From assembly GCF_009914755.1 (NCBI RefSeq), contig NC_060931.1: DNA of 64,000 bases; one strand, 5' to 3'. The position numbers and the translations under genes are program-made. The notes below the pieces were generated by a model that saw only the letters and a list, made by a program, of their open reading frames with translations, was not told where the DNA came from and searched no databases. Source of the DNA: the human T2T-CHM13v2.0 reference genome, Homo sapiens. Below are positions 15,040 to 28,579 of this stretch, in pieces. Position 1 is the stretch's first letter. Each line of letters opens with the position of its first letter.

Positions 15040-15215
15040 TATCTTTTATTCATAATTTAATGCTATTAACCTAATGAGGTAGGTTATGCACACACACTTT
15101 ACAGATGAGGAAACTGAGACTTTGCGAGGTGAAACATCTTGTCAATGGTCATAAATCTAATAAGCAGTGGGGCTGCTGATTGCAACTTTATCTATCTTCA
15201 AAGCACAGTCTTTTT
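15040..15215 (-). mobile_element. MIR
   Basis: Core 'tttacagatgaggaaactgagac'. Confidence 0.75.
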
Positions 15216-18200
15216 AACATACCTGTATGCTTTTTGAGATATTTAAAGTTTTTAGGGGATTTCAGCCATCTACATATTTTAAGCAACTCATAGAGTGTTT
15301 TGTTTTTGCCTTTGATGGTTAATGTGACCTGGGTTCCTCCTTTTTTTTAAAATAAACTACTTTATTCTAAACCATGTCTCAAGGTATTATTCTATTCTAT
15401 GTCATGAGGTTTATTCTAACACATGTCCCATAAGCCCACAGAATACCAGTTACCTTCCCTTTATTTAAGCAGGGCTTGATTTGTTAAGCAGCTGGTTTGT
15501 TACATTTTTCTGGAAATTATACAACTTCCTAGTGTGTAGCACATATCAATAGTGAAAGGAATATTATTTTTAAAAAATCAGCACTTACATTTGTGGAAGT
15601 GAGCCCAAGCTTCTTCAGTTCAGACACATGGTTTTAGTGAATAGAAGTCACTCTACCAAACCCGGGTACTCTTCAAACATGCCTTGCTCCGTATGCAGGC
15701 AGGCAACTGCACCCCTGCTTCCTGAGCCACCTGGGACTTGAAGTTCTACCACTGTGGCTCCAAAGCTGCCCAACTAGAAACCCCAAAAGGCAAGAGAACT
15801 ACGATACCCACAATTCAGGCTCCTCACCCGAAACCAGAAGAGGGCGTATGGCTAGAGTTTCACCCTAAGAAGAAAGGGGAAGCAGGTGGAAAAGCAATTA
15901 AAAAAAAATCAGGTGAGTATATCTAAGAACCATCTGTAAATATAATCTTATTTCCATGAAAGGAAATAAAAGTGGTTTAATGTTTGCCAGGGAGTAAGAA
16001 GGCACCCTCAGTGTTAGCAATAAGTAAAAAATATTTATGCAAGCAAATCCTCATGCAGCTGGAACTTGCCCCACCAGATTCTCTTTCGGTGATTCAGAGC
16101 TGAAGGTGCCTCACTGCCCTGTGGAACAGGTGAATAAAGCCTTCCCAGGTGAGTGACAGTGTCTAACTAGTTCCCCCTTTCCCTCTACATCAGCACTGTG
16201 ATTGTCACTCAAAGACATAGACATATAGACATAATGGAGACCTTTTGGCATTTCATCTTCTAAAATGCTCTGGATTTTTAAGATAACACTTTAAAATGTG
16301 CCTTTTAAAATATAAGCAAGAATAAAGTTTTCTTGATATTTTCTTCCATTTTACTTTCCATTTCTGTGTTTTGTGTTTTCCTTCTGTGTATTTTGTTCAA
16401 AATTCAAGAAAGAGAAAATTAGGGGAAAGGGGAAAAAAGGTAAAACTTAGTGAAATGAAATGTGCAATAATTGTTTCACATTTTTTTCCAACATCAGCAA
16501 CAGAGAATGTTTAAAACAAATGTGTTTCTCTATTTGTTCATACAGCATCTCTCTCTAGCCTATTATCTCCTGTTAGACACAGCCCAGAAAATGAATAGAG
16601 ACAAGTCCTGGCTGGGTCTGGGTTCAGAAACATAATAGAAGGATTCATCTAATGTAAGTAGATGGCAGAATGGTGACAAAGAAAAAGTTTCCTTTCCCTT
16701 TTCTGCACTTTCTCTCCTACTGTTCTAACCACCCCTTCCTCCCTGATGCATCCCTGGCTTCATGCTGCCAGATCACCTAATCCACCCAGATTCCCTTTGA
16801 AGTTTCCCCTTGACTCATCCCACAATCCAAACTGAGCTGTTCTGTTTCTTTTTGTCACAGGTTCCTCAACTCTCTACTAGAACCTAGCTTTCCTTTATGT
16901 CATTATATTATTTCCAAAACAAATGGTTCTTAATTTCCCCAAACCCTACAGAGGGCATTCTGCATGGCATTTCTCCTCCCTGAAACCATTTTTGCTCATC
17001 TTGAAATGTTCAGAGATTTCATTTTTTCCAAAGCTCAATGAAAAACACTCTTCAAGATGTCCTTCTCAGTTTGTCTTAATCTGAGTTATTCTCTTCCTCC
17101 TAATCAATTTCATAATATTGCATCTGCTCCTCTCATAACACATTGTATATCTCATTTCATTGGTTTACATGGGTGTGTGTGTACCTATGCAGTCTTACAT
17201 TCCTATTTGAAGGCAAGGCCTCATTGTATCCCTACTTCATTAACTCATTAATGTACAAGTAGATGTTTGTGATAAACAATCAACACATAAAATAACTGAG
17301 ATGTTAACTCTAAGGTGTGTGTGTGTTAATGCCTAATGCCATCTTTATGTCTCCCGGAAAACATTTACATTTAAAAAGCTACCTAAATGCCATGCATGAG
17401 TACTGTTATCAGAATCCCCCTGCAGTCTGGTCTGGTGTGGCTCCCACAGCCTTTATTTGCAGAAAGGCAAAGCATTAAATCTAGCAATTGAACCCTTGAC
17501 AGTACCCGAAATGAAAGCCCTAGTGGGTCAGCACTCACTGTTTACCAGCTCCAATCCCTGCTGTGCACTTGCCTTTCTAACAGCTCCCCAAGGACTGGGC
17601 TCCCTAGAGTCCTCAGTCCCATGGTCCTGGAAACCTGGCCCTACCTCTATCTATGATTTTTGATTATCAGCTCCAGCATTTATGGATCCCTTCTCCTATT
17701 ATCTAATCTACGGGCTCTAAAGATTAAACTGTGCACTTTGGACTATTTAAATAGTTCTTAACCACTGATCTCCTCCCTCAGGGAAGGGAATTCTTTCCAC
17801 AGTTGCTAGTTCCTCACACCTCTGCCTCTATGGGATTCTCCTGGTCCCCACATGCTCTGCTGTGTCTTCTAGCTGTCGGCCACTGTGGAGGAAGTGAACC
17901 TTCTAGATCCTGCTGACTCATACAATGAGTTTTGTGTGGACCATCAGACAAAAGGGCTGGCTGGTGAAGGTGGCTGTTGTCTGGAAATTCCTCCCAGCTC
18001 TCCTCTAATTATGTCATAAGGACTGGAGGCCCCTTAGCCTGCTTGTGTGAGTATCACCAGCTATGTAAAGTTGGGGCCTTAGCTCATCCTCAGCACATGG
18101 CTCAGGATCACTTCCTTAAGAAAGTCTCTTCTGACCTCCTTACCCCTACCATGTTTCTTGTACTGACTTACGCAATGGTCACAACCAACATAGAAGCTGA

Positions 18201-20667
18201 AATCCCAATGACTCACTGTCCCAGCTGCGCTTGTAGATAAGGGAGAGGCAAAGCACTTAGAATGGCAATCAGACATGGCTATCTGGGACCAGGAATTAGG
18301 AACTGCTGACACAAAGAAGCAGGGACAGAAGAGAACTCACTCTTGTGGTGAGCAGAGGCAGCTGTGCAAACAACCTGCTGTTCCGGATGTGACTGTGGTG
18401 GCCGTGGGGTGCAGAGTCCAGGGCTCATGGCGTTGGTCATGCAAATTGTGGTTCCTGGGCCTTAGCAGAAACAAGGAACCTATTCAGTGGCATTGCTTTG
18501 GGGGCTGCTCTGGCTTCGTAAGCTGTGTGCCTGATTCTTAAGCCCCTCCCAGCAATTCTGGGACTGAAGTTTGGTGTGTTGCTCTTCGGTTTAGATCTGC
18601 CACAGTCATTTGCTGTTGCTTGAAGCTAAAAACTCTGAGTGATACGAACCTCTCACACAACTCTTACCACGTTGTCACTACCTACCCCAGTATATTTAGA
18701 TTCCATCAGATCAAGTACTGGATTTTATTTATCTCTAAATATCCTAAATCTCCACAGTGCCTGGAGTACATGTATATATATTTGACCTACATTAAACTGG
18801 TCAATAAAATGAGGAAGTCTTGCTTAAAGTTCCTTCTAACTTAAAATTTGCCTGACCACATGGAAGCTGTCAGGTTGCTCATTAATGCAGAGGTAATTTT
18901 TTTCTCTTAACTAGGGTTAGAATTTAGACTCTACCCCTTCTCTGTATCTCAGAGGGAGCAGAACTAGTGGTTTCCTACACTGGAGAGGGAACTCAAGCAC
19001 ACAAGCTATTGCTTATTGTTATTTAATAATCAAAAGGATTTTTGTTTCCTTTTTTCTTTTTTTTTTTTGTATCCTTCAGTGACCTATGTCGTATGTTAAA
19101 GTCACTCATGTTTGGCCCCTGTAGTACAAATATACCAGAAAGAGTGATAGGAAACAGCATATTCCCCCCTTGTTCAGATTTTTCTTAGTATGACATTATC
19201 TTGGAAAGAGAAAGGCCACATTTGCAAGTTTGGAAGAAAGTTCCCCCTGGAGTTTTTTCTCTGTCCTATTTCAGTATGTATTGACTCTCAGAACCCGGGC
19301 TGCTATGACATCCGTTTTCTGGGTCACTTTGTCCCTGAGTCATTATCATCCTGTAACTTTCTGAAAACATTTGACTATGCCATTTACCAGTTAATTTCAG
19401 TGAATAGCTGAAATCATAGTAAAATGTTAGGGCCAGAGTAAATTTAGGTCAGATTGATTTTATTGCCCCAGATTAAGAAAGTGAGCCAAGTTGTTGTTAA
19501 CAATTTCATAGTTTCCTTCATCACATCTTTTCGGAGCCTTACTCAACCATAAGATGAATCATCCATAAAATGACCCCCACAAAGCTGTGGTTTACATGTT
19601 CATCACTCTTTTCTGTCATTTGTTGCTTTCAGGATAACACGCAAGGAAATATGGGCCAACTCTTCACATGAACACAAGATATTTCCATGCTAGCCTTTTG
19701 CAAGTAACAACAGAGAGAGCTCTGTGCAGTTTTCACTGGAATGCCTGTGGATTGCTTGTGTCATAACTGTAATCTAAAGAGTTGTCCATTTGTTGATTCC
19801 TTTGTATTTGTATTGGTAGAATTGCCACTATCAAACCAAGATCTTTAGCTGCCTTTGTATCAACTTCTTTGGAGCTTATGTGATTTTCCAGAAAATTTCC
19901 AAGGCATAGTTTTGTCCCTAAGTCCCATGAATATGTAATATTTTGTGTCTCTCTATTAAAATAGCACTTTTTGTGCATTCCATTAACAAATATATGTGTA
20001 TGTGTCTGTGTGTGGACAAACATATCAATTACTTCACCCACTTTAGTGGGAAAAATAATTTACTCTGAGTTTCTGGAATACCAGATAGTGAGTAAGTTCT
20101 TTGAGAATGGAATATCGATGTTTAATTATATTCTATAAACCCAAGACAAGGGGGTGGCAGATATTCCTAATTCATTTTCCAATATGTTTAGATAATAGGC
20201 TTCATTATATATATATGTAAATATCTTGCACATTTTTAAATTTTGCACAAGAAAATGCAAAACTTTTAAAAAATATTAACATCTATTCACCTACTGTTAC
20301 GTTCTGTGGACATCATTAGTGGGATTTTACGAGTAGATAAATTTTTCTGACAATTGGAAACTCTGTCAGAAAGAAGCAGTACATTTTATATCCTGGGAAT
20401 ATTGTCTCTTATTTTTTATGTACCTAATAAGTATTATGCCACAGTGAGCTCTATTCTCTAACTTGAGATTAAAAGGTTGAACACAGAGACACAGATAGGT
20501 TCACTGACAAGGGGCCAAATCCCAGTGTTCTCTGACATAGAAGAGGAATGCTTTAAGTTACCCATCCAATACCCCATTAGAATTTCCACCTCGGATGTTG
20601 GAGTCTACATGAGGCTGGCTTCTTATAGTTTCACACATTCTTCTGGTGCTAACATGTTCCTTCTAAC

Positions 20668-21203
20668 TGTATTCGCTTTCAATTGCTGGTGCAACAAATT
20701 ACCACACATTTGGTAGTTTAAACCACACGAACTTAACGTCTTACAAGTTTGGCAGTCAGGAGGCTGCTACAAGTCTCACTGGGCTAAATTCTAGGTGTCA
20801 GCAGGACCACATTTCTTTCTTTCTGGAGGTTTTAGGGGGACAATCCATCCCCTTGCCTTTTCCAACTTCTAGAGGCCACCCACATTTCTGGGGGCAGATC
20901 TCTTTTTCCCTCTTCAAAGCCAGCAGCTTCAGGCTGAGTGCTCTTTTGCCGCATCTCTGATCCTTCCGTCATCACATCTCTCTCACTGACTACAGCCAGG
21001 AAAGCTTCTCTGCTTTGAAGGACTCATTATTACATTGAGGCCACCCGGATAATCTGGATCAGCCCCTTCCCACCCACCATCTCAAGGTACAGACCCTTAA
21101 TCACAATAGCAAAATTCCTTTTGCCATGTCAGGTAACATATTTACATATACCAGGGATTGGGGCAAGGACATTTTGGAGGGGCCATTGTTCATCTACCAT
21201 ACA
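20668..21203 (-). mobile_element. MLT1D-like MaLR solo LTR
   Basis: 'tgtatt..caaattaccaca..cttgccttttccaacttctagaggc..ttttgccatgt.aggtaacata..ggggccatt..ctaccataca'. Confidence 0.85.
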
Positions 21204-21308
21204 GAATTAATTTATTTATTCATTAATGTTCCAATAATTGATTGTTTATAAGGAGCCAAGAACTACTTATTAGTCAAAATTTGCCTAACACTTTAAGCAA
21301 TTCTCAGG
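21202..21308 (+). repeat. Dispersed direct repeat copy A (partner 23128-23230)
   Basis: ~100 bp, 4 mismatches plus one 4-nt indel by eye. Confidence 0.9.
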
Positions 21309-21929
21309 AATTTCCTCAGGAAATTCTCCATGTAACATTCTAGGTTGGAGTTGAGTCCTGTATAGGCTACCCATTGGGGAAAAGAGACAGTCTCTTGATT
21401 TACTACAGGACCTGTGTTAGAAGAAGATGTATGATTGAAGAAGCATAAAGAAAGGCATGGTGTCCCCAAAACATCACCTGCCTCTGGGCTGTCACCTATT
21501 ATTTTATTGTGATAAACAGATGATTCAGCTTCAAACATGGTTTGCTCTCAAGAACAATTAAATTAAATTAGTTAAACAAGATGGCATTAAAACAGAAATA
21601 CAACTTAGAGGGATTGCCATGGCAAGGATTCATCAATTGACATTTTGGCAAGGGTAAGTTTATGAACAGGGCTGAGTGGGGAAGGATAAGGGGAGAACTA
21701 AACGGAGGGATATTTATTTGCAGAAATAAATGCAGGAATCTGCTTGCATCAGAAAGAATTGCCTCTCACACAAGTGGTTCCTTTCTCCTGAAAGAACTGA
21801 GCCATGGATCCAATTTTCCTTGCCCGGTACTATATGACTCCATTGCCCTGACTCACCACAGATGACTGACCACAGATCACTGGGTGGAAAATTGATGTTC
21901 AAACCAAAACTGACCATCTGCAACTAGAT

Positions 21930-22265
21930 CAGGATTTTTAAAATTGTATTGAAAGTAACGGCAAAAACCGCAATCGCTTTTGCACCAACCTAATATATTT
22001 GGCTAGTTTGTGGGTCATTAATCAATTTATCAACATTTTTAAGTGAAATAGAATAAATTGAAATAGAATGGAACTGAATAGATGAAATGAATAGAGTACA
22101 ATAGAATAAATCAGAATACATCGAACTAAAAAGGGTCAGTGTTGTTTCATGAACTGTTCATTCTAATGTGTATGTGAGTGTATGTGTGTGTGTGGTGTGT
22201 GTGTCTTTGAGTGTTGAGTTCAATATAAAGTGGTTTCCTTTCTGTAGGCAAATTTGAAAACTATG
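21930..22265. mobile_element. MER103-like hAT MITE with internal (GAATA)n-like and (TG)n tracts
   Basis: 'gtgggtca..aatcaattt..gaaatagaata..atcagaatacatcg..ttgtttcatgaa..tttgaaaactatg'. Confidence 0.6.
21948..21993. mobile_element. Half MADE1 (Hsmar1 mariner MITE): spacer plus one TIR
   Basis: attgaaagtaacggcaaaaaccgcaatcgcttttgcaccaacctaa followed by TA. Confidence 0.9.
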
Positions 22266-22659
22266 CAGTTAGATAGTGGGCTTATAAAATAATCTAGCAT
22301 GAAAGCTATGTCTTATTAGAATATTTTTACATGGGATAGTAACCAACTAACTAACCAATCAAATTTTCTTTCTTTGGCATGCAAGCAGAAAACTTCAAGT
22401 AGAGGTACAAACTCTGGAGTATTGCAAAACCAGGATAAGCACCACAACAAGACAGAAAGCAGAAACTACAAACTAGTCAAAAGTTTGCTGTTGGAGCAGA
22501 GAGCAGCAGGGTGGAGGGCTGGTGATTGGCTGTGGCAGTAGAAACAGAAAGAGATGGAAGCAGAATAAGAGAACAGCTAGTCACAGGAATGGTAGGATCC
22601 CAGAATGAGGCAATATTAGACACCCATTTATAAAGGCAAGGCAAGGTGAGCTGTTAGTT

Positions 22660-22790
22660 ATTCTTACATTCAACAAATACTTATTGACTGCTTACTGTGT
22701 GCCAGGGACTGTTCTAAGAGCTGGCTATATTGCATTGAAGAAAATAAACACAAATCTATGGTTTCATGAAGTCTGCATTGTAGAGGATTG
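22660..22790 (-). mobile_element. L2 3' end
   Basis: 'cattcaacaaatacttattgactgcttactgtgtgccaggg'. Confidence 0.8.
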
Positions 22791-23127
22791 TACTAAGACT
22801 TATGTTCTAACCTATACTTAAGTTCTTCCTGATTGTACACATGTGTTAGTGACTTATTGTGCTTCCTAAATGTGTTCTCCATCCTTTCAACACATCTTCA
22901 TTATTTTTATTTCTTGAAACATGAAATAACCTAACCAATGTAGCCCAAATAAAAGTTAATATTTGAGAGTTTTGCTTAGGGTCAGTTCTAAATGTAGAAA
23001 AGTCTTATTCTAGTGAATGTAAAGCAAGAGCTTATCTCTTCTTGTGGATGGCACTAGGGCCAGAAAATAAGAATGAATTAAATTAAATATAGCAAAAGTA
23101 TCATCATTGTTTCTTCTTTAATCATTG

Positions 23128-23230
23128 CAGAATTATTTATTCATTACTGTTCCAATAATTGATTCTTTATAAGGAGCCAAGAATTATTTATTAGTCAAAA
23201 TTTGCCTAACACTTTAAGCAATTCTCGAGG
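23128..23230 (+). repeat. Dispersed direct repeat copy B (partner 21202-21308)
   Basis: Same alignment as copy A. Confidence 0.9.
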
Positions 23231-23601
23231 CATGTCCCTCCTGTCTTTTTAAGAAATATTTAACATCAAGTATCTCTTGTGTTTTCAGTATATTTTACCT
23301 CTTTCTCTCATTTGAATCCTTCCTATCCATACATCTCTCCAATGTCCCTCATTTTATAAAAATAACAAACATTTACATCTCTCTCAAGCAACTATGATCA
23401 TCTTTGCTCCCTATCACCAATCAATGTTTTGACAGAATCTCTCCATATACACTTGCTGTTCATTTCCTTATCTTCTCAGTCCTCAACTCTTTCTAATCGG
23501 ACTTCTCCCTTCATCAAGTTCTCCTTATGGCCATTTTTCTAAATTCAACGCATTTTTTTTCAATCTTTATCTTTCTTGATTTCTCAGCAGATGTTCAAAC
23601 T

Positions 23602-23990
23602 TGTCAGAATGGTCTAAATTGTGCTACAGATTAAAAAAAAAAAAGCAATGAACAAAAAACTCCCAAAATCTCAGGCTCAGGACATCAGATATTTCTTTCT
23701 TGTTCAATTTGCCTGTCCATTGAGAAGTAGTGGGAGGACTTTCTCTTAATCACTCAAAGACTTAGACCACCTGAGCAGGCTCCATTTTGAACATTGGTGT
23801 CTTCATAGAGGGAGATCTCTGGTGAACTTTACACAGGCAATTATAAACTCTTCCCTGAATCAACACACATCCTTCCTGCTCACAAGTCTTTCGCCAAAAC
23901 TAAACACATGGTCACACCCACCCATAGTGGGCCAGTAAGTAGATATTCCCAATGTTCCCATAGCAGAGAGCTGGAAAAAGGTGATGAGCT
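23602..23990 (-). mobile_element. Old MLT1 (J/K-like) LTR nested in L2
   Basis: 'cccaaaatctcagg..ctgctcaca..gccaaaactaa.cacatggtcacacc' motifs; L2-like sequence on both sides (23240-23600, 23990-24940). Confidence 0.55.
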
Positions 23991-24948
23991 GGATGCAATT
24001 TCGACAGTGAAGTTCACTGATTATGCCTTGGAACTTACTCTCCCTTAGCATCTAAGAAACCACACTGTCTCAGTGCCTCCGCTCTCCTTGTGGCTGATCT
24101 TTTCCTGTTCTTGCAGGCTCACTCTCCTTCCTCTGCTCAGCTTGCCCTAGCACCTCATCTCTTTCCCTGAGCAATCTCATCCTTGTCACTGCTTCTATTA
24201 CCCTCCGTTCATTAACAATATTAAATCCGTGTCCCAGTCCCTCTCTGAACCCCAGAGGCAGATATCCAGCTCTCTTCCTTTCTACCTATGCATCTCAGTC
24301 TTAAACTGGACTTGTAAATTAGCCCCCAAATGTTTGCTGCTTCAGGGAGTGTGGTACTATGAGCCACTCAATTTTGAAAGCCAAAATCCCAGGACCCATC
24401 CTTCTTTCTGCTCCTCTCTCCCCCTGTATCTAATCTATCAGCCCCTGCTGTCAGGTTTACCTCCTAAGTAGATCTCACCTGTATTCCTCTTTCCATGTTC
24501 ACTGACGCTGCCCTACTCCAAACTACCCACATTCCTTACCTGGAATACTATAGTAACCCAGCTGGCCTCTCTTTATCCATTTTGGTGCTCAATAAATCAC
24601 TTCTTACATTGAAAATAGTTTTTCCCCCCAAAAAAGTAAATGCAATGCTTCTGCTTTAAAATTCTTAAATAGCTTTCCTTTGTTCTCAGGGTAAAGCTGA
24701 AATCAGTATTTGGCCAATAAGCCCTTCCGTGGTCTCTTTAGTTCCTTCCTATCTCTCCATTCTCATCAAGTGTCTCTTTAATGATTTGCTCTGCTCCAGA
24801 GGACCTATTTTAGTTCTTGGAATTTTCTCAGCTTTCTTCCACCAAAGAAATGAAATGTTGTACCTGAAATGCTTTCCTCCCTCTTTACCTTTGGATTTTG
24901 CCGTTCCACAGAAAAGCCTTCTTTAGAGTATCTATAAAAAGATAATTA

Positions 24949-25262
<314 letters not shown>

Positions 25263-26698
25263 TTTTTTGTGAAGAATTCATGTTTGCTTTTCAGATAAGT
25301 TCTAGGAGGCCAGGGCCTGTGTGTGTTTCTTCGCCATTATTTTCCTAGCTGCAAGCATGGTGTCTGGGATACAGTAAATGTTTGCTGAACATAGCTTGCA
25401 TGCATGACTGAATGGCAAACACTAGATTCCTTTTGTGTATCAGATTTTAGTGGAAACAAAATTTATATCTTTGTTTAAAATTTCTCCAAAAAAAAAGATA
25501 ATATGGTCCTATCAAAGAAATTGATAAAGAATTTTTTTAGAAATATATGAGAGTTTTGCTAAAATGTACTTGTTAGTGGTATTTTGAGTGATAACCTCAC
25601 TAACAAAAGAAGCACAGTTTCTCATCTTTTCCCAATTATATTTTACAGACTTTCTTCTTACACAATACCTAGGGTAATAACTAGACACACATCCAGATGT
25701 GTGTGGCCATTGCTGAAAAAGAGCAATTAACTGGAAAACTGTGACAGTGATTTCCCATTTTCCATTTCAGAAAAAAAATTAAGAATTACTAAAGTTAGTG
25801 CTTAAAGTCATAGAGTCCATATTAAATAAATACAAGCCTACGGATTTCATTTGCTTTCCGGGAAATGAGATTAACTAGCCCCAGGCAAAACAGATTGAGG
25901 TAATGTGTCACCCTAAATTCTAAGCTGGTATTCTTAGGAGGTCATCCTAAGACTGATGTTGCCAGTAAGAAGGAAATAGTTTATCTTAATTACATATATT
26001 AGCTTTTTTAAGTTACTAAGGTTCCTCTAGAGGAGTTTTAAATGCTGCCCAACAAATATATGTTCTTCTTACTTTCAAGCATCCTAGAATTGAGTAATCA
26101 GTTTCCCATTAACGGAACAGGCACTGGCAATTTTACATTGTTAAGATCAAAAATCTATGTTTAAAGACCAGATGGAATCAATCAGGCTTTTTATAATAAA
26201 CATGACCAAAATACTTTCAGCATATGTAAGAAAAGACAAAATATCAAATATGTTTAAGACTAAAACCAAAGATACTGTTCATATTAATTATTCTATGCAA
26301 CTAAATTATTTTAAACTTTTCATATCATTTTAAAGCACTAACTTCTTGAAGATACCTAATTAGTGAATTTTGTTGTAATTATAAGAAAGTTATTTTACGT
26401 GGGGGCAAATACCTATTTTATACCTACAAAACAGGTATTATCTAAATCTATAAAACAGATTTGCTCCTATTCCACTCAATTTTGCAGGAGATTAATAATA
26501 TGCTAATTATCTAGAAAGCAGCCTGCTGCTCAATTTGTAATGATGCCAGAGCCATTTATAGATACACAAGAAGGAGATTAGAGAGACACTAGGATACAAG
26601 CTGAAGAGAGATTCTTATCTTTGAAAGGTTACTTAGAATTTCTTAAGATTCAGAGTACCTTTATTTTTGTAATTTCACACAATATATATTTATTCATA

Positions 26699-27263
26699 TG
26701 TGGAGGAGAAAAAAGGAATACCTTCCACTTGCCCATCACAAGGATTATGGCTGACACTCCTATAATAAAAGACAAATTAGTAGGAGCCTTCAGAAATGAA
26801 GACCAAAAGACCCACAGAAAAACATGTATTTTTTTGTGCCAGGGTTTGATGAAGAATGTACAGTGGTATACAAATATGTTTGAACAGAAAGGCCTGTTTG
26901 TTCAGATTCTTCTTGACCTCTCTGTATAGCATCTCCTTCCTCCTAAGTCTGGGATAGAACCCCTCTGGAATGAAGGTCTTAAGACCTACTTTCAGGCCAG
27001 GTAGGTCCAAGAATTCCTTCATGACTATGTTCACACAGAAAAGCAGGGGAAGGTCAGAAAGAAAGTGACCTTTCTAGAGTTTATGGTTTGCTTTAGGGAG
27101 AGGAATTCAAGTTTCTATGACCTACTTTGGGGATAATGGAAAGAGGGTAAACAAAGAAGGTCAGGGAGGCATTGCTTCAGAGGCTCTCCCATTCTCCTTC
27201 AGTTTGAATTACTCAGCAGGCCAAGGCACCATACTCCAGAGTATCTTGTTCTAAGCCCTGACA
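26699..27263 (-). mobile_element. ERV1 solo LTR, MER31/MER67-like
   Basis: TG...CA ends; 'ggagccttcagaaatgaagacc', 'ggcctgtttgttcagattcttc', 'tactcagca.gccaa.gcaccatact'; near-TSD cata/catg. Confidence 0.7.
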
Positions 27264-28579
27264 CATGCAACATACAACAATGTATGAAGCACTACAACAA
27301 AATGGCACTCAAAGGAGTCAGATGAGTCTTCTTAGTGGATGAACTGGGCTCTTAATCCAGTGTTCTTTCTACCATAGCATGATAATATTTAATATCAGTC
27401 TTCTTTCTGGAATCATCAATGTGCCAATACACTGGAAACCATGATGCTGCATATTTTTAAATAAATGTTTTGTATAAGTGGTTAAAAGAAACCATGTAGT
27501 AAACGGGGGAAAAAAAGTGATTTCATAAGGTTTGTGTGCATCAGAAACACTTTAGGGGAATGCTTTAGGATTCCAAAGAAGAAATTCAACCGAGAAAAGT
27601 CCCTTTTATTTTCACTGGTGGGTAGATGAAAGTAAAAGTTTTGAAATATAAAAGAGCTCTGGGACTCATTTGGATACACGTGTTTGTATTGCCAAAAGGT
27701 AAACCACATAATGCAGAAGAAGATTTCTGGCCAATTTAAGAGCCTTACAGGGATAGTTTGTGGCCCTACCACACGATTTCTTTTTATATTAATGCTGCTG
27801 ATACTGATTTGTCTGTTGATCTCTCTCCTGGAAGATATTCCCAATATCACTGAGGCTGTAGAAGTATCAGAAATACTACTTTGAAAAGTGATTTCCAAAT
27901 AATCTTTCTATACATAATCCCTTTCAGAGGGACTGGGGATGGAGAATTGACAGATCACTGCATTAACTTAAGAAGAGTTGTGCTATTTTTAAACAATTAA
28001 AAACTGTAGAGAATATGACTATCGTCTCACACAAAAGTCAGAAACGTCTGCACTAATGCTGTCATGGGATTGTTGCAGGAGAATGACAATGAGAGCCTTC
28101 TCAGAATAATGAATGCCCCACTGAGGAACAGGGTGTTTCCTCTCTGTACTGACATCCATCCTTCCTCTCCCAACTGAACAGCGGTCCCATTACTTTGATT
28201 CAGATTGTCCTAGAAAGAAAACTCCTCTTATGTAAGTAAACAGAACTAATCAATCATTAGAAACTGGTGACTTCCATTAACATTGTATTTCCATGCCCCT
28301 AAATGTTAAGGAGGCGTTCATAGGCTAGTCTAAGAACCTAACCACTATTTTAAAAATTGTCTCTCTGGGAAATTTCCTTCCTCTTTTCCTCTTCTCCCCC
28401 CAAAAATGACTCATACACAGAGTTGATAAGAATTTTTAAAAGCATATGTGATTTAAGTCATAAAATAATATGAATAGTAACAGTAAAGTTTGAGTGCTTT
28501 GAACATCTAGGCAGTATTTCAATTCTTCAAGTGTTTGTGAAATTTTTCTGTTGCTATAGTTAAAAAACAAAAACAAAAA

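Noticed and set aside
21948-21993. miR-548-type precursor
   Set aside because: Only one MADE1 arm is present, so no hairpin can form
27482-27898. 138-aa minus ORF and overlapping plus ORF
   Set aside because: AT-rich, F/I/S-biased composition, no known motif and no convincing splice boundaries
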